The notes beneath the pieces are model-generated. The model was given only the letters and a program-made list of their open reading frames with translations. It was not told the DNA's origin and ran no database searches. 64,000 nucleotides of DNA from Phoronis australis. Lineage: Eukaryota; Animalia; Phoronida. A program made the position numbers and the translations under genes. Shown piece after piece: positions 23,601 through 35,600 of the stretch (positions are counted from its first letter, which is position 1; each line of letters opens with the position of its first letter). Location: positions 99,456 through 163,455 of the forward strand of contig NMRA01000444.1 in the NCBI GenBank assembly GCA_002633005.1. Direction: 5' to 3'.

Positions 23601-26600
23601 GACTGCATCATGTGCGGTTGCCTTGACAATTTTATCCCACTTTCAAAAGTAGTATGTGAGCATCTGATTGCTCTCGTCTTTGGCAGACGCGAGCCTGAAA
23701 CTTTTATTTTTTCTGAAAGACAGCATATTTATAATTGCAAAGAACTCTCTAAATTTCTGTTGGAAATATCAATACAGTGATTTTGAATTGAGCCCTGTTA
23801 ATTTGTAAGAAACCTATATACTCTGTTGACCTAAGATGCAATATTTCAAGTGCTCATTGTTTTTAACAGATTTCTTCAAAATGAATTTGAGTGGTATTAG
23901 TTTTCAATGCCTGTTTTCCGGATCAATTTAAAAAGTTTGGCGTTATCTATTCGACATGTTTCCTGTGGCTGATAGCTTTTTACAACCTAGCAGCATTGTT
24001 GAACAGCTTATTTGATGCATGTGTGTGTGCGTGTGTGAACATGATTGGGCTTTTTCACTTGAAGTGTTTTTTCCTTATTTAGCAGATTATTATTCTAGCA
24101 TTATTATTCTACCTTGTTGTAATAAGAAAAATAATTATCGTAATCTATTTTTCCCTGGGGTCCGCCACGAGCTATGTTGCAGAGTAAAATGCTTAGTTCT
24201 TAAGAGATGATATGTGAAAATGTCGTAGAATATCGTGATTTTCAGGAAGATCGAAGGCCACCAATTTTTATGAAATTAAGCGAATATGAACAGTCCATAG
24301 ATCAAGTGTAATAAAAATAGTATTTTCCTCGGGGATGCGGGGTTGAAGTGCCTGCCTATTTTCAATGGGCATTCCCATTGGGATGCAGTCCTGAAATTGG
24401 CAAAATTAAAGTAACGTTTGTTATGGCGATGAGAAGACTTTTATAAACACCAGCATACTATGCCTTTAGAATTGCACAGTCCTCATTTTTATGGATTAAT
24501 TTTGTCTTTAGATACAGATACTTGAGGTTATTTGCTTTTAAGCGTTCAACTTTAAAGCAAAATCTCTCCCAACACACCACTTTGTTGATCGCTGTCATGT
24601 TGATGTGTGCAAAGGTTTGTTGGGAAAATTTTAAGTAGTCGGAGATTTCCCAGCAACACCCTTGTAAGGTGTTGTGAGAGAGTGATAATCTTAGCGACCA
24701 AAATGACAGGTATGCTCAAATCCGATTAAGTAACGTGAAAAAAGTAATGATCAAATTTCTTTTAGAAGATAAATAAATTCATATCAATTTTAATTTTATG
24801 TAGAATAGAAAAAATGCACAGATGCAAATGACATCTTGTCTCCTGAAATAAACCGGACACTTTAGATGATCACTTTTCAAATTTTAGTATGCTAGTGACA
24901 ATCGTATGATATTATTTTAGTATGCTAGTGACAATCGTATGATATTATTTTAGTATGCTAGTGACAATCGTATGATATTATTTTAGTATGCTAGTGACAA
25001 TCGTATGATATTATTTTAGTATGCTAGTGACAATCGTATGATATTACAATTTTCCAACGGATTTACGCGGGCTTGCTTACTAGACATCTACTCGAGATAT
25101 GGGAGTGGGCGACCTCGTCCCGTTTTCCCGTACTAGTGAGGTTTCACTCACATGCTGTTTTAAAAAACTGATTGTCAGTTGATTTTGTGCAAGTGTGGCA
25201 CACAGAGGCACATGCGCTTAAGTTCCCATGTAGGTGCGACTTCTATATACGGACATGCCCGTAAACATTTGTTTATAATTTTTGAAAAAATGTTGTAATT
25301 TAGAAATGCAATTGCTGGGAAAGATACTTCGTTTTATCCAGTTATTTGTGTTGGGATTCGTTTTGTGATTAATGGGGGGAAGAGTCTCTTGACACATGTA
25401 ATCTCCCGTGTGCACTGATACGCCGTAAAACGTTTCACCTTTCGTAAACTGTAACAATAAACGCCATTGATATATTTCAACCAATTTCAACTTAAAATTA
25501 TCTTGGTATCGAGTTGCTCTGCTCGTATCAGACTGAGGGCAGTTTGTTGTCCCCACACGTTTTTTCGTGAAATGGACGTAACATCGAACAATAATTCTCA
25601 AATTTGTTTCATGGATAGAGTGCAGAAGTGGTGACAAGACAAGGCCCATTTCTCCCTTCCACTGGTCACCACAACTTTCGAGGGGCCCACGTGTTCGCAA
25701 GACAGGAACCCTATTTCGTGAGATTGCAAGACAGTTCCTTTGCTGCAACTGTTTAGCTTAATCCATTCCTCTGCCACACCCTTTGTGGATATGGGACCCT
25801 TATAACCAGGAAGACGCAGTGTTTTGGCTAATCGACGATTTTTTTGGCTATTTAATGAAAGCAATTAAAGAATTATTCCTTAACAGAAAAGAAAATAATC
25901 TGAAATTTAGAATGATCGGTCCTTTGGCCACAGGATAAAAACTTTGTTCTATGACATGTATTAATGATGTAATTGTTTCTGAAAAGACTCACTTCAACGC
26001 ACGCTGTTTTTTACAAAAAATTTTTTAGTGTAATCGGCTGGGGGTTAATTTGCAATGAATGCTCGTTTATTCCCTGCGAGCCGCTAGCGGCACGCGGGGA
26101 ACCAGCGAGCAATGAATGTACCTTTCTTGCACATCCGGAAATGTGACTTAAAAATGTGATCATGTGACAAAAAACAAAGACACAGCAGTAAGAAGCATAT
26201 TATTTTTTAGAATCCTCGACCTTTCTCCTTTCAGAAAACATGAAGGCCTCAGGGGCGGATCCAGGGTTTTGAGTTAGGGGGGGGGCCAGGGCACAAGAAT
26301 AGCCAGAATTTCTCGAATCTTTGGGTTTGTGGACCTTATTACTAAAAAAAAAACGGTAAACGGGGATTTGTTCATGGCCTATGCATTGTGCATTCGCCCC
26401 CCGCCCCCCCCCCGAGCTCCCTGGGTGCGCGCGAACGCTAGTCAGCAATTCGCCCCCCCCCGAACTGCCCAAATGGTATCTGGGAGAATTTTAGGGTGCT
26501 GTTTTCAGTCTCGCTGTCTTTCTGCAACTCATCTGAAATATAACTTACCATAATTCCACTTTCGTGTCCAGTACACTTGAGATTCTTTATCCATATTGGC

Positions 26601-29600
26601 TCCTCAGCCTTGTTAGAAAATATGTAATTATTTGGGATTGCATAGCTGAAGTTATAACCGTGTTCACGACACACAACTGCACTCTCATTCGCCGTCCATT
26701 TTCCGGGATCAGAGTACAAATAACCGCGACGATCTTTAAAATATACCCAAACTGCTCCATAGAACGTTGCTGACAGGTAGGTGACGTAATCGTTAGCGTA
26801 TACTCCAGACGAATCCCAGCACAGCGCACCCACAGCGGAAACGTCCCAAACGCACGTGTCCGCGTGCTCGCCGCTAGGCGTCGAGTGGGAGCATGCATCA
26901 AGGCTGGGCTCGGTACCATTACAGGAGAAATTAACTCTCCACATTGGACTTTTATCGATACGATGAAAGTCAAGATATAATCTTCCTGTCAACGGTAAGC
27001 CACTGTCGTAGCCTTCAGACCGACACAAAACCATTGCCTGGTTAATGCCCCAGCCATCGTCGCAGACTTGTCCCACACTCATTTGGTATTGCAGATCCGC
27101 ACGGTACTTTCTATAGCCTAGGTTTGCAGGTTTCACTCGGAAAGCTGAAAATACATACAGAACATATTCCTCTGTTGTAGATGTCAGCGTAAGTCACTTG
27201 ACATTGTTTCTATTAGGTGAGAAGATCCGAGGGGCGTGACATCCATGGACGTAGCCTAAGTGAAGATATGTCAAAATATGACAGTGACCGAGCTCACAGG
27301 GCGTTTGCTTTGCATGGACTCAGTTGAGTTATGGGTGGAAGTAGTTTTCTTGCCGAAAAATAGGATGCAGACAAGAAATCGTTTAAACGGGCATATACGG
27401 GCGAACAACGCGTTGTGTACATTATTGGTTGGGATAGTTACCGTAGTGTCGCGTATTAGGACATTAAACCCCGCGCTCTGCTGACCCGGCTCTCACTGTT
27501 ATTGCATATGTTTAGTAAGTTTTTATAAATACACACATTTTTGAAGAGTGTTCGTTTCACTTGACAATTATATTGAGATGTGTGCGGGACTGACTTCTAC
27601 GTATAAAACATAAAAACTACAATTACGTCACTCATCATTTTAATGCTGTAACTTATCTTTCAACGCGTTATCTTGACTTGCATTTAGTTAACAGTAGGCC
27701 CTAGACTATCCAGTAAAACAGTACATTACAGTCAGAGTTGTTCTTTCAATTAGTCTTAAATTACTGCCCTGGCGGAGACCCGGCCGGCATTTGTTTACCA
27801 ATTAAATGGTGTTTTTAATTACTTTTTACCAGGCGCTGAATTCTAGACCAGCGCTTAGTGAAGGGCTGGCATTAAAACGCGAAACTACGGTATTAGCCTT
27901 GATGAGAACTATAGAACAATAAAATCCGTCGTGTTCGTGTTATTTCATTACAACTAAACAATCCTGATTTGCCGTTGCTTGCTTGTTTTACTCTGAAATC
28001 AAAGACGGCGATTTTACCAGTTAAATACGCTTAAAATACCCTGCTTTCCATCTAGTGCTATGTAGCTCACCATTTGACAGTGATTGCGAAGTTTTAAGTT
28101 CGAAGCCGCGCTGGGTCTGATCTACGAATATCACTTTTCTCGCCTATAGTGTCACTTCAAACCGACATACGTTAGACATTTCATGATCCCTTTTGCTTCC
28201 AATAGACCTACATTCCTTGATCATCGTGACGTTTCCCCAGTAAAAAGCCAATATAAATATCATGTGCCATTACCTCATACGGACATATTTCATTGATTTT
28301 CAGTAGCTCAGGAGCACGTAATGAATTGGATTTCTGCGTGTTTCTTCCGTTCTTAGCCTATTCTGCGATACTGTAAGTAATCTTAAATTGAAACACGACA
28401 AAACCTGCTGTAAGACTTAACGTACCTTCTCTCATTCACAATCGCTTACAAGGCCAACGGCCTAAACGCTGCTATCCATATTATCAAGTGAGTCCAGGCA
28501 ACAGTTATAATTTTCCACTAGATATGAGTAGAAATTTTAGAAAATTCAAAGAACAAAAATATAATTAGTTTTGAGTTTTAAGGACTTCATGGCTTCTACA
28601 TGTAACAACACACCTTCAAATTCACTTTTATTTGCGGAGTTGTAGCAATTTATCCCAGCCGAATTGGCGCCTTGTTTCTTCGTGTCTCGTGGACATACAG
28701 TGGCACTGTTTTCATGCGGACAGTCCAACAAATTGCTTTCATTTCCCACGCAGGCAAACTGGCTTTTAACATACGTGAATCTACTTGTAATGCGTTGGTA
28801 AAATGTGGAGCCAACGTGTCCAACACCATTAGTGAATCCGAGCATCCGGCAAGCCACCTGAAATGAACGAATCGTTCAGCCACCTGGAGTTTTAACAATC
28901 ACAAATACAGCGGGCATCACAGCGAGACTAAGTAAAGATTTTGAGTGTCCAGGGGAATGTTTTGAATATATGCAGACAACGTTCAACCTCTCCTATTGAA
29001 ATTCTACGCTACATTGCAAGATGTACTGCTTTCATCACATACACAGCCCGGGACGTACAGTCACGGCGACTAAACGCTAGCTAGTCCGGCGTTTTGCGCT
29101 CGTCTTGCTGCTCGTTCGTCAAACGTAATTTACAAGCGCCTCTGACGAGTGAATAATTAAATGAGTGTACACATGACTAACTGGATGATATTTCACTCAG
29201 TACAACGATTACGCCCGCAAAATACGAATGTAAAAAGTGTCTTTACGCCCATAATATACTAGAGTAATGTGCCATTCCCCTCCCAGTACTGCTGGATGTA
29301 AACCCCAAAACGCCACACTTAACATGGAAATATGCGAGAGATTGACGCGCACAAAAGCAATACGCGAGATACTGACGCGTACAAAGGCAATATGCGAGAT
29401 ACTTACGCGCACAAAGACAATATGCGAGATACTGACGCGCACAAAGGCAATATGCGCAGCTACCTCGGTAATTGAGTTTGTGTATACTAAAGCCTGGTCT
29501 GTCACAAAACTGATCATATAACCTAGCTGATTGAAGGTGTACTAATCTTTACTCTGAATCGAAGGCCAGTTTTGACATGCAAAACTCTCACACCTGTGAC

Positions 29601-32600
29601 TTTTTTATTGTGGACGCTTTAGCTATCATATTAGCCAGTCAGCTATCTGTATCAAGACTGTAGTCAAATTACAGCTACCGGTAAGTACCCCTGTATGTTG
29701 AGCTGCGACAAACCTCGAAATTGCACACAGCCCGGGTAATTCTGCTCGTCACATCGCCGTGAAACTTGTATAAACATGTAAGAGCTAAAGACGGGCGGGG
29801 TGCAAAATCTGTTAATCAACTGACACTCACCTTACCGATAAAACCGTTTAAGTGAAAAGCAGTCTCATAAACGTCACTTTCTTGCATAGTTCTCCCCTTT
29901 CGTTTTAACAAAGAAAAGTACGTTGTCGTTTCAAAGGCGAAGGCAACCTTTTTTCATGTCATTTTGAGCTAAAATAAGGTTGGTTGGTTATCCTAGACAT
30001 ATTTTCCACTTAATTACAACTTTTCGTAATTTTGTTAATTGCTCGACGTCCGCTACTCCGGAAGTGACGTTTTAGGAGGCAAGCATTTCGCGCCAATTTC
30101 TTTTCATATAGTCTGACTGTGAGAGCTGCCGAGTCAGTCATTGTTCTACCTCGGTTGTGTTAAGTTACGTCGTCGTTTGCTTTCATTTACTAGTCAGTCA
30201 ACATGCCACACTGTTGCTGCGTACCGGGATGTACTAATGCGCTTTGGGAGTACCTTAGCATCGCTTTCCGATGGATGACACACTTCGCCGTACTCGTCTC
30301 GTTCGTGTGAAGAACGCAGCGTTATCCGTCCACGCAACGTACAAAGCAGTCGAGAATTACCGTGTGTGTGGCAAGCACTTTCTGCCGTCCGATTACGAAA
30401 GGGATTTGTACGCTGAACTGATGAAGGTCCCTGTGAAACAACGCCTGAAGAAGGATGCCATTCCGTCTGTGTTGATTCTCGGCAGTGCCCCGTCGCCACC
30501 CCCGAGAAGTGCGTTTTTGAAGAGAGAAGCCTCGCGAGCTGTGTGGCCAGTACAGTGACGAGCCAGTGGAGGCACTTCATCCACTGTCACCCGTGCCTCC
30601 GAACGTACCCCAGATCGTGCCATTCCTGGAACCAGTAGTGATTCGCCCTGTGCTGTTTTCTTCAGCCCAGAGCCTCTAAGCAGCCCTGCAGCGATATTGA
30701 GTAGTGGGAGTGATTACAGGCCCAGTTCGACACCCAGTGAAGAGGACAGTTCGTCGTCCAGTGAACAGATCGGTGAGCCAAACTTTGATAAGTTTATTGT
30801 GGACTTGTCTAAAGTGTTGAGAAGCTGCCAGGTGTGTGGCGAGGGAGTCACACGACACGATATAAGCAGTTTGGGTGCTCAGGTCACCATCCAGTGGGAG
30901 TGTGTCGCGGGACACTCTGGCAAGTGGGACAGTTGTTCCTCTGTCCGTGGTATGCCGGAGGTCCACTTAACCGTGTCCAGTAGTGGCTTGGCCTCGTCAA
31001 ACTCTGAACAGCACAAGCATTCCATTGAGGTAGGCATAACACCGCACACAGTGCATTTGCACCAAGATGTGTCACCACGTCTGTCCTCAGTAGCCGCCTC
31101 GTTTCTCTCAACAGCTGCCTGTGCCTGTGCGTACTCTGCCTCGTTATACTCGGGCTCAAACATGTACCCACCCACTGAATGTCCGTGAAAAAATTCCTCG
31201 TCACCACTGCTGTGAACAAGGTCTCCGTCACTCACACTACTGTCACTGTGATACGGGTCACCGACTCCAGCCCATGATTTTCAGCTTACAACACACTAAA
31301 CAATCCCTAAATCCAACGTAGTTGAGTTCTCTACTAACCTATCTTGCCGCAGAATACTCGCCGATGGAAAGTGGTGGCGACAATTGTTGAAAAACAGCAC
31401 AAAACAAAAGTAGAATAGCCAGATTTGCACGGTAAACTCAACGTAAAACCAAGTGGATGGAAACGCTTGCCTCCTAAAACGTCACTTCCGGAGTAGAGGA
31501 CGAGTAATTAATAAAATTACGAAAAGCTGTAATTAAGTGGAAAATATGTCTAGGATAACCAACCAACCTTATTTTACCTCAAAATGACATGAAAAAAGGT
31601 TGCCTTCGCCTTTAACAACAGTACGCTAGTGACTCGCGACATCTCTAGGGAGACGATGACAGCTTCGTAGCAGCAAAATTTGTTCGGTTCTCTGTTATCA
31701 AAATTATAAAAACTTAAAATGAAGTGAAACCAGCTCCGATAATTTGTTGTGACGTGTACGCAACCTCGTGAAAGAACAACAGTTGATTGAAGAATTAGCG
31801 CCAATAGGCGATATAATATTTCATGGCGCCGAAAGCCGACGCAAAATATCGCACGACAATTTTAGCAGCAAAATAACGATAGAAAGCCAATTTTTTCAAC
31901 ACCGGTAAATAGTTTAGTTTACTCAAGGAAGAGTGTAGTTTTCAATGACACCAATTTTGTGTTAGATTTTATCCGGTCAGTTTTTACGCACATCGGCGCA
32001 AAGCTGTATATTTAGTATATATCTTTACTCAAAGGCTACTGTCAAATATGCATGAAAAAGTTGCATAACAGCGCTTACGAATTTTATTTACACTTTTTTA
32101 CTCTAGAGGCCTTCTTAAATTGGACAATTTTAGAAAACAGTCTGAAATCGTGTTCTGACGTTTCAAAAAGTCCCGCAGCGGCCCTCTGTACATAGTCATT
32201 TTAATACATTCACCTCAGTAAAATTTAGTTACCCCGTTCAGATAAACGAGAACAGCCTAACAATGCTTTTCTTATGCTGAGCGTGTAATGTACCATGGGT
32301 GAATAAGGTGTGTATAACTTGCTATGAACATTACCAGCTTCGGGCGCGATATGGGGCAACATTTGTGCCCCAATGGCCAACGATATAATCTGCCTTCATC
32401 ATATAGTCTGACATCGAATGATGTAGTTAGACTGTCCAGGCTGGTGATAGCACGTGGTTGGTCTAAACAATAGCTTTTTGCACTTCAGTGTCATTAAGTT
32501 AATTACTCTAAGATGAGCCGATTAGATGCCTTTTTCAACGTTCCTTAAGAACAGCAGCCTGCACGTCTGCCTTTCGGGCGAAAGGCATCAGTTTTAAAGA

Positions 32601-35600
32601 AACCTCTGAGAGTGTTAAAATGCGTGGGATCCACATGATCTAGCCCACACAAAATTAGGCCGGGCCTGAATTGACAGTGACGAACAGGGGCGGGGTATCA
32701 AACGTAGATATGTGGGTTTCAGTAAATTTCGTGGCTACTGGAGGGAAGTTTGATTTTGATTGAGCCAGTTTGTTGACCTTGGGAACAAATGAAAAAGTGA
32801 AAGTTAGGAATTCACTTTCAGACCTCTGAGCTCCGTGCCTGGGCTATAGTCGTCCTTACCAAGGCATCGTTGTCGTCCCAACCATCGTCACAGATATAAC
32901 CTTTGTGTGTTGTTCCATCGTAAACCAGGAGCTCACCAAAACGATATGAAGACCACGGTTGCACAGCTGAAACAGGAGACATTAGTTGAATGCAACATCT
33001 ACGATGGTGATACACCAAAAAAATATAATAACAGGAGATCATAATCGGTGCAACACATTTTTTCAAGAAAATTGAATACAATTGGAATTATTTGGATAAC
33101 TTAATGGTAGAGGTCCAGAAGCCGCAGTGTAAAAGGAAATATTTATTTACAGGCGCGTTATAGACGGAGAGCTGTGCGTCTCTAATGCAAATGAGCTCCG
33201 CCAGACCTCACGTATTCGTCAACATGAACCATGACCTCGCGATGCAATGAGGCGATATGTCTCATTTGAATTTCTTCATAGAACTCTAGCCCTGGAATGT
33301 CAACTCTAGCACGTCACCAATATATTCTATTATTAGATCTTGTTCGCATTAAATTGTTACTGTGATCAATTCATTTGCGGAATGTATACCTGTTGCCCAA
33401 ATACCTTTTTGTTAATTCAATTTCAGAGCAGTGAATGTTATCTGCACTATTTACCTATACTCCACTTTTTTAATTTGTCCCGCCATCCCGCCCTTCAGCC
33501 ACACCCGTTCGATTAAAAAGAAAAAGCGGGCCGTTCCATGGGTTTTTGAGGCACCCGCAATTTTGAGGCACCCGCAATTGCCTTTGCGACTTAAAAAAAC
33601 AAGAAACGCGGTCGGACGCTTTTGGGTGTAACGTTTCCCGTTCGACAAAAACATTTCACCCTTGTGTTTTGGCATAGCTCCAGATGCCCTGCTTTGTATC
33701 CGGAAGTACCACTTTTCAATACAGTTGTCCCGTTTTTTCATTCTCGAATGTTGACAACTATGGAACAGGTGTTTATTTGTCTCTTTGTCATGAATATTGT
33801 TATTTTCCAGAGTTAACTTTCTTTAGTAACATAACAACCCTAAAATGTGTTCCAAGGTCTCTTGTTTACGGTAACACACACTGCTTGCATCAGCTAGGAT
33901 CACTGATTTTTGCTTTCTGAAGAAATGGGTTTATTTACAAACCACAATGAAAAGTCCTACACTGCAGCCTATATAATGATCTATCCACAGCACATTTAAA
34001 ACCTTCACAAGAGATGTTTGCTCATTATTTATCTATCAGAAGGCCTTTATTTGCAAATTTCAGATAAGTAGTTGGAGTAATTAGTTTAACACATTCTTGT
34101 TAATGTCACTAAATCCTGAATTTTTACTGAAGAACTATATCAAACAGCACTAAAGGTCCAAATAATACATAGATACGTATAATTTTGAATGAATGCCTGA
34201 CTAATTTTTTTCACAGCAACAGTGAGGTTCCATATTCTAAAACCTGTCTTTATAGGGTAGAAATCATTTGAATCTTTGAAATTATTTTCCTCCTGGTTTA
34301 ATTAGTCATTTATATAACCTTCCTGGTTCATTTCCTTTTTATGTCACTATTGCACCCACTTATTTTCCTCTATATTGTAACAAAAATATTTTTACACCTG
34401 TCGGGTATGCAACATGATGATTGCTTATGAATTAAATTTTGTAACATTTGTTTCTACTATAATTATACTCCATCAAGAACTGACCAAGGGCTTTCTAATG
34501 ATATAACTCTTATGCAATTCGATTGAAAAACGGCGGGGCTGCAAAAAATTTTAGTGACAATAAATTCCACAGGAATAATTAACAGGGGAACAAGCAAAGG
34601 CAAACAAATGCTACGCATGCGCGGCGCAACCTCATCAGAGCGAGATCGAAGTTGGCATTCTAGGGCTAGAGTTCTATTTTACCTGGCGAACGTAAATCCT
34701 CACAACATGCAGAAATGGTGAGCTAAGTGCGTAAGCATTAACTTTTGGTTACCATTGGTTTAGCCAAAGGCATTATCATTGCCAATTTTTTCAGTCGCCC
34801 GAATCATTTTTTCCACCATGAAGGTTTTGAAAACTTTTGACTCATCTGTACCCAAGATGGTACCACTCAAACTATTATGCATGACATGGTGGCCCAAGAT
34901 GGTACCACTCAAACTATTATGCATGACATGGTGGCCCAAGATGGTACCACTCAAACTATTATGCATGACATGGTGGCTCAAGATGGTACCACTCAAACTA
35001 TTATGCATGACATGGTGGCCCAAGATGGTACCACTCAAACTATTATGCATGACATGGTGGCCCAAGTTTCCAATTAAATACACAGCTTCAAGTGTAGAGA
35101 AAAGATGCCCCTAAAAGAAAACTGACTTAGCTACCACAAATCTTAAATTTAAGTTAATTTTAAGATAAGTTTGGCATAAGTTTATAACTTAAGTTTTGTC
35201 TTAAGTTCCACTAACTTACCTGGGCCCGGGTTCTAATCTTTTTACTCGAAATGGAACTTGAAATTATGTTTGGCATTTCTACTCTACTTTTGTGCGAACT
35301 CAAGGTAAGTGTCTATTATTCTATGATCCAGTATATAATGACTTAGGTGGATAATTTTTTAGTCCTAGTTTGCAGTTGATAAACTCAACATTAAGTCTAA
35401 AAGTTCGAATATGAACTCGAATTTTCGAATTTTTACTCGAGTTTGGAGCACGAATATAAGGGTCATCAAGTGCAAACTTGGACTAGAAACTCATATGCGT
35501 AAACCATAATGTATTCAAGTACAGTCTGGTAACCACTTATCTTGTGTTCGTACAAAAGTAGCAGAGAAATTGCCAAAAATAATTTCGAGTTCGTTTCGAG

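Larger units (their letters stand above)
29935..31611. mobile_element. Kolobok-like DNA transposon, internal-deletion derivative
   Basis: About 155-bp TIRs starting AGGCGAAGGCAACCTTTTTTCATGTC; flanks TCAA and TTAA; contains the 5' end of a THAP transposase (+) and the 5' end of a second gene (-). Confidence 0.88.

Noticed and set aside
24881-25045. CRISPR-like array (also considered for 1-205 and 34851-35066)
   Set aside because: The units are contiguous or have only very short spacers, there are no cas genes, and the context is eukaryotic.
25218-25864. 176-aa and 88-aa minus-strand ORFs as extra exons or a gene
   Set aside because: No recognisable domain, and the host exons at 26549 and 19212 already join in frame within one SRCR domain.
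29209-29521. ORFs with [10 protein letters not shown] repeats
   Set aside because: Translation of a 30-bp minisatellite.
30697-31188. Intact 163-aa gene
   Set aside because: It is a chimera made by the transposon's internal deletion: a transposase fragment reading into the antisense of the KolX-like ORF.
34760-35114. Repeat-protein ORFs in three frames
   Set aside because: They are by-products of a 42-bp minisatellite whose length is a multiple of 3; no splice or domain support.
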